NCBI GenBank assembly: GCA_046596525.1
Contig: JBKJMF010000364.1
Coordinates: forward strand, 1 to 34,316
Direction of reading: 5' to 3'
Origin: Devosia sp.
GTDB lineage: Bacteria; Pseudomonadota; Alphaproteobacteria; Rhizobiales; Devosiaceae
DNA length: 34,316 nucleotides
Made by a program: the position numbers and the translations under genes. The notes under the pieces were generated by a model that made no database searches, had not been told where the DNA came from, and saw nothing but the letters and a program-made list of their open reading frames with translations. Shown here one piece after another: positions 1 to 9,117 of this stretch. How positions within the stretch are numbered: position 1 is the stretch's first letter; each line of letters opens with the position of its first letter.

Positions 1-7
1 CTGGCTG

Positions 8-1333
8 ATGATCGCGCTGCTGGCGGTGGCGACGCTGGCGGTCATCGATACCTGGCGCGAGGCACGGGACACCGCCAACTCGCTCTCCGACCGCGTGCTG
101 GCCGGCTCAGTGTTGGCCATCGCGGAGCGGGTGATCGTCACCGAGGACGGCGCTCTCGAGGTGGACGTGCCCTATGTGGCATTGGAGATGCTGACCTCCA
201 CGGCGCAGGATCGGGTGTTCTATCGCGTCGACGGCCCCAGCGGCTTCATCACCGGCTACCAGACGCTGCCGACCTCCAGCGAGGCGACGGCGGACATCTC
301 CTATTCCGACGCCGAGTTCCGTGGCGATCCGATCCGCGTCGCTGTGCTGCAGCGTGCGGCCTCGTCCGGCGTCAGCGCCATCCCGTTCACCGTGACGGTG
401 GCCGAGACCACGATTGCGCGCACCCAGCTGACCCAGACCCTGCTGGTTCGCTCCGCCATCCGCCTCGCTCTGCTCATCCTCGCCGCGGCGGTAATCCTCT
501 GGCTGGCGGTCGGCTTCTCGCTCGCTCCGCTGTACCGGCTGCGCGACGCCATCTCCAGGCGAGCGCTCGACGACCTCAGTCCCATCGAGCAGGAAGTGCC
601 GCGCGAGGTGCAGGGGCTGGTGGACACCATCAACTCCTTCATGACCCGGCTGTCGGCGGCGCTCGAGGCGCTGCGGCATTTCACCGGAAACGCCAGCCAC
701 CAGTTACGGACACCGCTGACCATCATCCGCACCCAATTGGCACTGGCACAGCGCGCCGACACCCCGGCTGCAGCGCGCGAGGCTGCCCGGACCGCCGACG
801 CGGCTGTGGTGCACGCCGAGCGCGTACTCGCCCAACTGCTGCTCCTGGCGCGGATCGACGAAGCAGCGTCCGACCGGCTGCAGTTCCCTGTCATCGACCT
901 GTTCGAACTGGCACGCGAGCGCACCGGCGACTACGTGGTCCGCGGCCATGCGGCGGACATCGATCTCGGGTTCGAAGGCGAAGGTCCGGCGCTGGTGCGC
1001 TGCGACCCGATGCTGCTCGGCGAGCTGCTGAGCAACCTGATCGAGAACGCCATCGCCTATGCCGGCCCGGGAAACGAGGCGACGGTTCGTGTGACCGCGG
1101 TCGACGACGTACTTCTCGAAGTCGCCGATACCGGCAACGGCGTTCCACCCGAACAACTGGTGGCAGTGCGCAAACGCTTCAGCCGGGGTGACAGCGACAA
1201 GCCTGGAGCTGGTCTTGGCCTCCCCATCGTCGAGGAGATCGCCGGGCTGTTCGGCGGAACCGTGGCGACCCGCTCGGAGCCGGGCAAGGGTTTCAGCGTG
1301 CAGATAAGGCTGCCCCTTGCCTCGGTTGCTTGA
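8..1333 (+). CDS. Two-component sensor histidine kinase, TctE/QseC-like; probably truncated at the 5' window edge
   Basis: Two TM segments around a 2CSK_N-like sensor region (SDRVLAGSVLAIAE, DRVFYRV), HAMP, H-box FTGNASHQLRTPL, N-box NLIENAIAY, G-boxes DTGNG and GAGLGLPIV. The frame is open to the window edge. Confidence 0.85.
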   Translation: MIALLAVATLAVIDTWREARDTANSLSDRVLAGSVLAIAERVIVTEDGALEVDVPYVALEMLTSTAQDRVFYRVDGPSGFITGYQTLPTSSEATADISYSDAEFRGDPIRVAVLQRAASSGVSAIPFTVTVAETTIARTQLTQTLLVRSAIRLALLILAAAVILWLAVGFSLAPLYRLRDAISRRALDDLSPIEQEVPREVQGLVDTINSFMTRLSAALEALRHFTGNASHQLRTPLTIIRTQLALAQRADTPAAAREAARTADAAVVHAERVLAQLLLLARIDEAASDRLQFPVIDLFELARERTGDYVVRGHAADIDLGFEGEGPALVRCDPMLLGELLSNLIENAIAYAGPGNEATVRVTAVDDVLLEVADTGNGVPPEQLVAVRKRFSRGDSDKPGAGLGLPIVEEIAGLFGGTVATRSEPGKGFSVQIRLPLASVA

Positions 1334-1350
1334 TCGCCTGCGTCCGACAA

Positions 1351-2328
1351 CTAGTGCGAGACGCTCAGCACGACGTTGCCCCGCTTGCGACCCGTATCGA
1401 CATAAGCGTGGGCTTCAGCGGCGTCCGCGAGCGGATAGCTGCGGTCGATCACCGGTCGGTAGGCCCCCGACTCTGCCAGCGTCGCCAACAACCGCAGGTC
1501 CTCGAGCCGCTCCTTGGCAACCCCGGCAATAAGTTTCTTGCCGCTCGCCTTGCTCGGGGCGTTCATGCCAGCACTCTCTGCGAGCGACGCGAGCACCACC
1601 AGCAGGCGGCCGCCCGGCTTCAAAACAGGCTCGCAGCGCACAAACGAGGCTGTGCCGGTGGTGTCGAGGATAATGTCGTAGGATTCGCCCAACTTGGCGA
1701 AATCCTGCTTGGCGTAGTCGATCACCTTGTCGGCGCCGATGGAGCGAACCAGCTCTAGATTAGCCGTGCTGCAGACGCCGGTGACCGTTGCGCCGAAGTG
1801 CTTGGCGAGTTGCACCGCGGCGGTGCCGACGCCGCCGGATGCCCCGACGACGAGAACGTTGTCGCCCGCCTTGATGGCGGCCTTGCCCTGCAAGAAGCTC
1901 AGTGCGGTGGTGCCGCCGAACGACAGCGCCGCTGCCTGCTCGAATGAGAGGTTCCCCGGCTTCAGCGCGATCATCCCATCTTCCAGCATCGTCCGATACT
2001 CGGCGTGGCAGCCGAAGGCGCCCCCCGCGAAGGCGAACACCTGGTCGCCACGCTTGAAGCGGCGCACCGCAGTGCCGACCGCTTCGATCACCCCGGCGAG
2101 TTCGGTTCCGAGGATCGGCTTGCGCGGCCCGAACACTCCGAAGACGAGACGCCCCAGCAAGTTGAAACCGGCTGGCATTTCGAGGCTGCGCGCCCGCCAG
2201 TCGCCGGTCGTCACGGTGGTGGCGTGGATGCGGATCAACACCTCGTTGTCCTTGGGCACGGGCTTTGCCACTTCAGCAAGCGCGACGACATTGGGGCCGC
2301 CATAGCGGTGATAGACGATGGCTTTCAT
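1351..2328 (-). CDS. NAD(P)-dependent MDR-family oxidoreductase (zinc-independent, quinone oxidoreductase-like)
   Basis: MKAIVYHRYGGP start after a GGAGA RBS; GASGGVG Rossmann motif; C-terminal GRKRGNVV. Catalytic Zn ligands are absent (TGD and GTE instead of Cys and GHE). Start trimmed from the track's 2466. Confidence 0.88.
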   Translation of the reverse strand: MKAIVYHRYGGPNVVALAEVAKPVPKDNEVLIRIHATTVTTGDWRARSLEMPAGFNLLGRLVFGVFGPRKPILGTELAGVIEAVGTAVRRFKRGDQVFAFAGGAFGCHAEYRTMLEDGMIALKPGNLSFEQAAALSFGGTTALSFLQGKAAIKAGDNVLVVGASGGVGTAAVQLAKHFGATVTGVCSTANLELVRSIGADKVIDYAKQDFAKLGESYDIILDTTGTASFVRCEPVLKPGGRLLVVLASLAESAGMNAPSKASGKKLIAGVAKERLEDLRLLATLAESGAYRPVIDRSYPLADAAEAHAYVDTGRKRGNVVLSVSH

Positions 2329-2531
2329 TTCGCTGTCTCCTGACATGCGTTCTCCGTGCCCGCCAAGGCATTGGCCGGCCGATCGGATGGATGATGGATG
2401 AGTGGGCTCGGCGGTTGCGGAGGCTGCCCTGTTGTCCGGCAGGCGTTCCGTTCTCAGTGCATGCACCCTTCTACTCGCGGGCAGCGCCGGGATAAATTGA
2501 CCAATCCGGTCCGTCTGATATGCGCTTATGC

Positions 2532-3422
2532 ATGGATTGGCGTTCGGTGAACTTCGATTGGAACCGGGCGCGAGCCTTCCTCGTCACCGCCGAGGAGGGC
2601 TCCTTGTCGGCGGCATCACGGTCGCTCGGCATGGCGCAGCCGACACTGGGCCGCCAGGTCGACGCACTGGAGGCGGAACTCGGCGTCATTCTGTTCGAGC
2701 GCGTCGGGCGCGGCTTCACTCTCACCCCGAGCGGATTGGAGCTGCTGGACCACGTCCGCGCCATGGGTGATGCCGCCAACCGCGTCTCGCTGACCGCTGC
2801 GGGTCAATCGCAATCGATCGAGGGCACGGTCTGCATCGCCGCGAGCGAGATCTATGCGGCGGTCGTGCTGCCGCCGATCATCGCGAAACTGCGGCAGGCT
2901 GAGCCAGGCATCCATATCGAGATCGTTGCCTCCACCAAGGCGAGCGATCTGCTGCGCCGCGAGGCGGACATCGCGATCCGCAATTTCCCTCCGACCGAGC
3001 CCGACCTGATCGCCAAGAAGATCAAGGACGTGCCAGCCCGGCTTTACGCGACTCCCAGTTATCTCGAAGCTATCGGCAACCCCAAGCTCCCCTATGACCT
3101 GCGGCATGCCGACTTCATCAGCATCGATCGATCCGGCATGTTCCTCAAGGGTCTCAACGCCCGCGGCCTGAACCTGACCGAGCGAAATTTCCCGATTCTG
3201 AGCGAGAACTGGCTCGTGATGTGGGAACTGGTGAAGCATGGCCTCGGCATCGGCGTGCTCGACGGCGAGATCGGCGACGCCGAGCCGCTGGTCCGCCGCG
3301 CCCTCCCCGAATTCGAGCCGATCATGTTCCCGATCTGGCTGGTGGCGCACCGGGAACTGAGCACCAGCCGCCGCGTGCGGGTGGTCTTTGACCTGCTGGC
3401 CGAGGAACTGGCCCGGCCTTAA
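2532..3422 (+). CDS. LysR-family transcriptional regulator, divergent from the MDR gene
   Basis: N-terminal HTH (FLVTAEEGSLSAASRSLGMAQPTLGRQVDALE, LFER) and LysR substrate domain (DLLRREADIAIR). ATG at 2532. Confidence 0.92.
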   Translation: MDWRSVNFDWNRARAFLVTAEEGSLSAASRSLGMAQPTLGRQVDALEAELGVILFERVGRGFTLTPSGLELLDHVRAMGDAANRVSLTAAGQSQSIEGTVCIAASEIYAAVVLPPIIAKLRQAEPGIHIEIVASTKASDLLRREADIAIRNFPPTEPDLIAKKIKDVPARLYATPSYLEAIGNPKLPYDLRHADFISIDRSGMFLKGLNARGLNLTERNFPILSENWLVMWELVKHGLGIGVLDGEIGDAEPLVRRALPEFEPIMFPIWLVAHRELSTSRRVRVVFDLLAEELARP

Positions 3423-3427
3423 CCCCC

Positions 3428-3767
3428 TCAGCGCCCGCCGAAAGCCCCCGTTGTCAGCCCGGCGATGAAGGCGCGATTGCCGAACACGAAGACCAGCAGC
3501 ACCGGGATGATGGCGATGACACCGCCCGTCATCAGCAGTGGCCAGTCGGTGTTGAACTGGCCCTGCAGGGTAGCAAGGGCAACGATGGCGACCTGCATGT
3601 CGGGCTTGGTGGTGGTGATCAGCGGCCAGAGGAAGGTAGATCTGCAAGTGCGAGGCGCCCTCGATGCGCGGCTTCCAGCAGTTCGGCGGGGATCGACTTG
3701 ATGTACTGGCGGAGCAGGAAAGTGCCGAAGCTCGAGAGGAGAGCCGGCTGCTGGAACTGTCCCCACC
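3428..3767 (-). pseudogene. Remnant of a carbohydrate ABC transporter permease (MalG-like), 3' part only
   Basis: Family motifs are spread over three frames: PALLSSFGTFLLRQYIKSIPAELLEAA / IEGASHLQIY / FLWPLITTTKPDMQVAIVAL...DWPLLMTGGVIAIIPVLLVFVFGNRAFIAGLTTG*. The EAA loop is frameshifted, the helix before FLWPL is missing, and there is no N-terminal half. Confidence 0.85.
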
Positions 3768-3908
3768 CGCCGCCGTACTTGGGGTGGAGCAGATCGCCTT
3801 CGAGGCAAAAGAGCGGCCGCTGAACTTGACGCTCTCCCCCCACCATCCGACGCGCTATCCACTGCGCCTCGACCAGGATTCACGCACCAGCCGTGCTCGC
3901 GTCTAGCG

Positions 3909-4295
3909 CTAGAGCTTGCAGCGCTTGGGCAGGCCATCGTTGCCGATGTAGCGGTCAGTCATCCGGCTGTAGGTCACGTAGCGCGCCGCGCACCGTGCCG
4001 CATGGCCGCCCGATGCGGTACGGTCGCCACGCTCCATTGCGTCGATCAAGCTGAAATCGATCGGAGTGGAGGACCTGCGGCTGCGTGGAAACGAGGTGTT
4101 CAGCGCGTTGATCGCCGCGGCGGCAGGGTCAAAGTTCGGATTGTTCGGATTGTTCGGGTTGTTCGGCCATCCATAGTCGTAGTCGTTGTTCCAATGCGGA
4201 CCACCGAACACGTACAACTGCTGCGCCTGTGTCGGGGCGCTCAGGGCGGCAAATACGGACGACAGCAGAAGCCAAGACGGCAGGACCTTGCACAT
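3909..4295 (-). CDS. Secreted BA14K-family protein
   Basis: GAGGAG RBS; signal peptide ending TQA; C-terminal CAARYVTYSRMTDRYIGNDGLPKRC matches the BA14K pattern C-x2-RY-x-[ST]Y...G-x-DG...C. Confidence 0.75.
   Translation of the reverse strand: MCKVLPSWLLLSSVFAALSAPTQAQQLYVFGGPHWNNDYDYGWPNNPNNPNNPNFDPAAAAINALNTSFPRSRRSSTPIDFSLIDAMERGDRTASGGHAARCAARYVTYSRMTDRYIGNDGLPKRCKL
4134..4166. repeat. 9-bp tandem repeat (GTTCGGATT-like, ~3.7 copies) encoding PNNPNNPNNPN
   Basis: gttcggatt gttcggatt gttcgggtt gttcgg read directly from the sequence. Confidence 0.85.
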
Positions 4296-4515
4296 CGCAA
4301 CGTCTCCTCACGTGCAGCGCTCCGGGCAAGCGCTGAAAATGTGAGGCGTCCGGCGAAGCGTTCAGCCTCGCAGCAATGGATTGCCGAACCCCTGCCAACC
4401 TGCTGAAGATTAGTATGGAATTGGTATCGTCTCGACGAGAAGCAGCCGCTCGTCAGCGTCCAGTTGGCGCCAAATTGCCGACGTGGAATGTCCCTAAGGG
4501 GGGCAAACCACCGCA

Positions 4516-5211
4516 TCACTCCCAAACCGACAACATCGCGGACTCAACATACCTCAGGTGGTTCGACATTGCCGCGCGGGCGGCGTCAGGGTCGCGGTCT
4601 GCGATCGCGGCGACGATCTGCTCGTGGTCGACCAGGATGTGATCGCGCAGCTCTTCAATGCCGGCGAGATGCGCATGGAAATGCCGGTCCACGTCTTCGC
4701 CGCGGGAGTTCCACAGGCCCGTGAGGATTTCGCGCAGTACCGAACTGGCGCAGGCTTCGGCGATGGTCAAATGCAGGGCCCGGTCGCATGCCGTCGACCA
4801 GCGTCCGGCGGCGGTTTCGGCCCGCATCTGCATTAAAGTCTGGCGCAGGCTTGCGATGCCCGGCGCGCTGATATTGCTGGCGGCGAGCGCCGCAACCTCC
4901 GGTTCGATCAGGCGACGGGCCCGCATCAACTCGATCGGAGAGTGGTTCTGCTCTGGCAGGGCCGCCGGTCCGCCATTCTGCTTGCGCACGAACGCCCCGA
5001 CGCCGACGCGTATGTCGATCAGTTCCGCGATTTCGAGCGCGATCAGCGCTTCACGCACTGTCGGGCGGCTGACACCCAGATCCAGTGCCAGGTCGCGCTC
5101 GGACGGCAGTTGCTGGCCGGGCTCGACCGTGCCGGAGCGGATCAGCTCGCGGATCTGGTCGGCGATCTGGATGTAGAGTTTGCGGTTCGATACGGCCTGA
5201 AGCTTCATCAT
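4516..5211 (-). CDS. GntR/FadR-family transcriptional regulator
   Basis: wHTH LPSERDLALDLGVSRPTVREALIALE and FCD domain (RRLIEP, DRALH, HEQIVAAI, MSNHL). Start at 5211 or 5208. Confidence 0.93.
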   Translation of the reverse strand: MMKLQAVSNRKLYIQIADQIRELIRSGTVEPGQQLPSERDLALDLGVSRPTVREALIALEIAELIDIRVGVGAFVRKQNGGPAALPEQNHSPIELMRARRLIEPEVAALAASNISAPGIASLRQTLMQMRAETAAGRWSTACDRALHLTIAEACASSVLREILTGLWNSRGEDVDRHFHAHLAGIEELRDHILVDHEQIVAAIADRDPDAARAAMSNHLRYVESAMLSVWE

Positions 5212-5295
5212 GTCCCCAAGGTCGGCAGCGCCGACAAGCAGCCGCCGTCGTCAGTCTCAACTGAATAGCAGCACAGGAACACGGTTGATAGCACA

Positions 5296-5313
5296 GGTCT
5301 TACCGGTATGACC
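5296..5313. promoter_or_regulatory. Putative FadR-type operator palindrome GGTCTTACCGGTATGACC
   Basis: 18-bp near-perfect palindrome made of two GGT-N3-ACC units, between the divergent regulator and the ABC operon, 2 bp from a TTGACA. Confidence 0.7.
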
Positions 5314-5315
5314 AC

Positions 5316-5345
5316 TTGACAGCCTGACCGTATCTGCCTTAGCAA
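5316..5345 (+). promoter_or_regulatory. Putative sigma70 promoter of the sugar ABC operon
   Basis: Perfect TTGACA at 5316-5321 with a weak -10 (TTAGCA/TAGCAA) 17-18 bp downstream. Confidence 0.5.
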
Positions 5346-5473
5346 ATGGCCCCGTGCAGACCCCACCGGCCCTGAGGAGGACAACCGGATCGCGGCGTGC
5401 ACGTCAGCCTCGAGAGTGGAGCTCGATACGTGTTGCAAATCATCCTGCAGGCTGCTGGCGGTTTGGTGCGAAC

Positions 5474-6997
5474 ATGACCGTGCTCGTCCAGATGATCGGC
5501 GTGTCCAAGAACTTCCCCGGAGTCCGGGCGCTGGACGACGTGAGCTTCGACCTAAATGCGGGCGAAGTGCATGCGCTGATGGGTGAGAACGGCGCCGGCA
5601 AATCGACGCTGATGAAGATCCTCGCCGGCATCTATCCGATGGATGCTGGCCAGATCCTGATCGACGGCCAGCCGGTCGAAATCACGAGCCCGCGCGGTGC
5701 ACAGAAACTCGGCATCAGCATTATACACCAGGAACTGGCGCTGATGCCGGACCTGACGGTGGCGCAGAACATGTTCATCGGGCGCGAACCGCGCCGCGGG
5801 CTGCTGCTCGACGAAAAGCTGCTCAACGAGCAGGCAGCGGCGATCTTCAAGTCGATGAACCTAGTGCTCGACACGCGGACCCCGGCCGGCACGCTCACCA
5901 TCGCCAAGCAGCAGATGGTGGAGATCGCGAAGGCCCTGTCTTACCGCTCGCGCGTGCTCGTCATGGACGAGCCGACCGCGGCGCTGACCGAGGCCGAGAC
6001 CCACGAACTGTTCACCATCATCCGGCGCCTCAAGGCCGACGGCGTCGGCATCGTCTACATCTCGCACAAGATGGACGAGATCAAACGCATCGCCGACCGG
6101 ATCACGGTGATGCGCGACGGCCGCTACGTCGACACCGTGCCGGCCGAAACCACCCCGATCGAAACCATCATTTCGATGATGGTCGGACGCACCCTCACCG
6201 ACGAGACGGCCGCTATCCCCGATACCTCCACGGCGCCGGTGGCGCTCGAGGTGCGCGGCCTGCGACGCGGCAAGGAAATCCGCGATGTCGGCTTTTCCGT
6301 CCGCAAGGGCGAGATTCTCGGCCTTGCCGGCCTGATGGGCGCCGGCCGCACCGAGGTGGCCCGCGCCATTTTCGGCGCCGACCCGGTGGAAGCCGGCGAG
6401 GTGTTCGTCAATGGCAAGAAGGTCGACATCCGCCGCCCGCAGGACGCGGTGCGCGCCGGCATCGGCTATCTCTCCGAGGACCGCAAGCAGTTCGGCCTCG
6501 CCACCGGCCTCGACGTCCGCAACAATATCGCGCTGGCCTCGCTGTCGCGCTTTGTCGGCTTCGGCGGCTTACTCGACGACGCTGGGATGCACGAGTCGGC
6601 GGTCCGCTACATCAAGCAACTCGCCATCAAGACCCCTTCGGATCGGCAGCAGGCGCGCCTGCTGTCAGGCGGTAACCAGCAGAAGGTGGTCATCGCCAAA
6701 TGGCTGCTGCGTGATTGCGACATCCTGATCTTCGATGAGCCGACGCGCGGCATCGATGTCGGCGCCAAGTCCGAAATCTACAAGCTTCTCAATGCACTGG
6801 CGGCGCAGGGGCGGGCGATCATGGTCATCTCCTCGGAGCTGCCCGAAATTCTGCGTCTCTCGCACCGCATCGCGGTGATGTGCGAAGGGCGACTGACTGG
6901 CATCCTGCCCGGCGGCGTGAGCCAGGAAGACATCATGCGGCTCGCCACCCAGCGCGAAAGCGCGATGGCGCCCGAACCGAACAGCAAGGTGGCATAA
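5474..6997 (+). CDS. Monosaccharide ABC transporter ATP-binding protein (RbsA/MglA-like, two NBDs)
   Basis: Walker [14 protein letters not shown], second domain LSGGNQQK and [13 protein letters not shown]. Start trimmed to the ATG at 5474. Confidence 0.95.
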   Translation: MTVLVQMIGVSKNFPGVRALDDVSFDLNAGEVHALMGENGAGKSTLMKILAGIYPMDAGQILIDGQPVEITSPRGAQKLGISIIHQELALMPDLTVAQNMFIGREPRRGLLLDEKLLNEQAAAIFKSMNLVLDTRTPAGTLTIAKQQMVEIAKALSYRSRVLVMDEPTAALTEAETHELFTIIRRLKADGVGIVYISHKMDEIKRIADRITVMRDGRYVDTVPAETTPIETIISMMVGRTLTDETAAIPDTSTAPVALEVRGLRRGKEIRDVGFSVRKGEILGLAGLMGAGRTEVARAIFGADPVEAGEVFVNGKKVDIRRPQDAVRAGIGYLSEDRKQFGLATGLDVRNNIALASLSRFVGFGGLLDDAGMHESAVRYIKQLAIKTPSDRQQARLLSGGNQQKVVIAKWLLRDCDILIFDEPTRGIDVGAKSEIYKLLNALAAQGRAIMVISSELPEILRLSHRIAVMCEGRLTGILPGGVSQEDIMRLATQRESAMAPEPNSKVA

Positions 6998-8001
6998 TGA
7001 GCTCGACCGACATAATGGCCAAACCGGGCCTCATCGCCGGCATTCGCGGCTCGGGCGCCTACCACAAGCTGCTCGCCTTCTCGGGCCTGCTCGCGCTGCT
7101 GGTGGTGTTCTCGCTGGCCTCGCCGAACTTCCTGCAGACAGCCAACATCCTTGCCATCCTGCAGGCGACCTCGGTCAACGGCGTGCTGGCGATTGCCGCG
7201 ACACTGGTGATCATCACCGGCGGCATCGATCTGTCGGTCGGCACGCTGATGACATTCTGCGCCGTCATTGCGGGTGTGGTTCTCACCTATCTCGGCTGGC
7301 CGCTGCCCTTCGGCATCCTCGGCGCCATCCTTGCCGGTACCGGAGCCGGTGTGCTCTCGGGCACCATCATCGCCAAATTGAAGGTGCCGCCATTCATCAC
7401 CACGCTGGGCATGATGCTGATCCTCAAGGGTCTGTCGCTGGTGATCTCGGGCACCAAGCCGATCTACTTCAACAGTACGCCCGGCTTTAACCAGATTTCG
7501 CTCGGCTCTTTGGTCGGAAATTTCATACCGGCAATGCCGATCCCCAACGGCGTGCTGATCCTGTTTGCTGTCGCCATCGCTGCCAGCTTCATCCTCGCCC
7601 GCACCGCGCTTGGCCGTTATACCTTTGCGCTCGGCTCGAACGAGGAGGCCGTGCGCCTCTCCGGCGTCAATGTCGATCGGTGGAAGATCGCGGTCTATGC
7701 GCTGGCCGGTTCAGTCTGCGGCATCGCGGGCCTGCTGATCGCCTCGCGTTTGAACTCCGCCCAGCCGGCGCTCGGCCAGGGCTACGAACTCGACGCCATC
7801 GCCGCCGTCGTCATCGGCGGCACGTCGCTCTCGGGCGGCCGCGGCACCATTCTGGGTACGCTCATCGGTGCGCTCATCATTTCGGTTCTGGCCAATGGCC
7901 TGCGCATCCTTTCGGTGGCGCAGGAGTGGCAGACCGTGGTTACCGGCCTGATCATCATTCTGGCCGTCTATGCCGACATCCTGCGGCGCCGCAAACTTTA
8001 G
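6997..8001 (+). CDS. Monosaccharide ABC transporter permease (RbsC-like)
   Basis: ITGGIDLSVG, GSNEEAVRLSG, YELDAIAAVVIGGTSLSGGRG; TAATG coupling to the ATPase stop. Confidence 0.95.
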   Translation: MSSTDIMAKPGLIAGIRGSGAYHKLLAFSGLLALLVVFSLASPNFLQTANILAILQATSVNGVLAIAATLVIITGGIDLSVGTLMTFCAVIAGVVLTYLGWPLPFGILGAILAGTGAGVLSGTIIAKLKVPPFITTLGMMLILKGLSLVISGTKPIYFNSTPGFNQISLGSLVGNFIPAMPIPNGVLILFAVAIAASFILARTALGRYTFALGSNEEAVRLSGVNVDRWKIAVYALAGSVCGIAGLLIASRLNSAQPALGQGYELDAIAAVVIGGTSLSGGRGTILGTLIGALIISVLANGLRILSVAQEWQTVVTGLIIILAVYADILRRRKL

Positions 8002-8112
8002 GCGCCGGCTTTGACGCATCGCCGCCTCTCGCGGCGCTGCCACTAATCAGAACGGGCGGCCAACGCCTCGCGCGACTGCAAAGACTACCAAAACCCTCCG
8101 GGAGGACACCCA

Positions 8113-9051
8113 ATGCTTAGACGTACTCTGCTCGGCGCCGTCGGCGCCCTCGCACTCCTTGCTACGGCCGCTCCGGCCTCGGCGCAGGAGTATGACATCG
8201 CCCTGATCTCCAAGGGCTTCCAGCACCAGTTCTGGCAGGCCGTGAAGGCCGGTGCCGACAAGGCCGCCGTCGAGTTCAACGCCAAGGTGACCTTCGAAGG
8301 TCCCGATACCGAAGCCCAGGTCGACCGCCAGATGGACATGCTGTCCGCCGCGCTCGCCCGCAAGCCCTCGGCGATCGGCTTTGCCGCGCTCGACAGCCAG
8401 GCCGCCACGCCGCTGCTGCAGCAGGCCAAGGATGCCGGCATCCCGGTCATCGCTTTCGACTCCGGCGTCGATAGCGACATCCCGCTGACCACGGCCACCA
8501 CCGACAACGTTGCCGCGGCAGCGCTCGCCGCCGACAAGATGGCCGAACTCATCGGCGGTGAAGGCAAGGTTGCCGTGGTTGCCCACGACCAGACCAGCCG
8601 CACCGGCATTGATCGCGTCAACGGCTTCGTCGACCAGATCAAGGCGAAGTATCCCAAGATCGAAGTCGTCTCGGTGCAGTACGGCGGCGGCGACCAGCTG
8701 CAGTCGACGGAAATCACCAAGTCGATCCTGCTCGCCAACCCGGACCTCAAGGGCATCTTCGGCGCAAATGAAGGTTCGGCCCTCGGCGTCGTCAACGGCA
8801 AGAAGGAGCTCGGCTCCTCCGTGGTCGTCATTGGCTACGACTCGGGCGCAGCGCAGAAGGCCGCCATTCTCGATGGCACGATGGCCGGCGCCATCACCCA
8901 GAACCCGGTTGGTATCGGCTATGAGACGGTCAAGGCCGCCATCGCCGCGCTGAAGGGCGAGACCCTGCCCAAGGTCATCGATACCGGCTTCTTCTGGTAC
9001 GACAAGACCAATATGGACGCGCCGGAAATCGCCGCGGTCCTCTACGACTGA
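8113..9051 (+). CDS. Sugar ABC transporter periplasmic binding protein (RbsB-like)
   Basis: GGAGG RBS; signal peptide ending ASA; ISKGFQHQFWQAV, PVIAFDS, VIGYD, ITQNP motifs. Confidence 0.93.
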   Translation: MLRRTLLGAVGALALLATAAPASAQEYDIALISKGFQHQFWQAVKAGADKAAVEFNAKVTFEGPDTEAQVDRQMDMLSAALARKPSAIGFAALDSQAATPLLQQAKDAGIPVIAFDSGVDSDIPLTTATTDNVAAAALAADKMAELIGGEGKVAVVAHDQTSRTGIDRVNGFVDQIKAKYPKIEVVSVQYGGGDQLQSTEITKSILLANPDLKGIFGANEGSALGVVNGKKELGSSVVVIGYDSGAAQKAAILDGTMAGAITQNPVGIGYETVKAAIAALKGETLPKVIDTGFFWYDKTNMDAPEIAAVLYD

Positions 9052-9060
9052 TCCAAACTC

Positions 9061-9087
9061 GCCGGGCCGCCTCGACCGCGGCCCGGC
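9061..9087 (+). other. Intercistronic GC-rich stem-loop after the binding-protein gene
   Basis: Perfect 10-bp stem GCCGGGCCGC/GCGGCCCGGC with a 7-nt loop and no U-tract. Confidence 0.7.
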
Positions 9088-9117
9088 ACCCTCTTCTCCC
9101 ACTCGTTGCGGCCGCCG

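Noticed and set aside
3428-3937. 169-aa ORF as an intact gene
   Set aside because: Only the last ~68 codons are permease-like; the rest is an out-of-frame read of the pseudogene and overlaps the BA14K-like gene.
4134-4166. Short direct repeats as a possible CRISPR array or SOS boxes
   Set aside because: 9-bp in-frame coding repeats with no spacers; the GTTC spacing is N5, not N7.
4325-4370. GCTGAA...TTCAGC inverted repeat or ECF-type promoter upstream of the BA14K-like gene
   Set aside because: The arms are only 6 bp and the spacing does not fit GGAAC-N16/17-CGTT.
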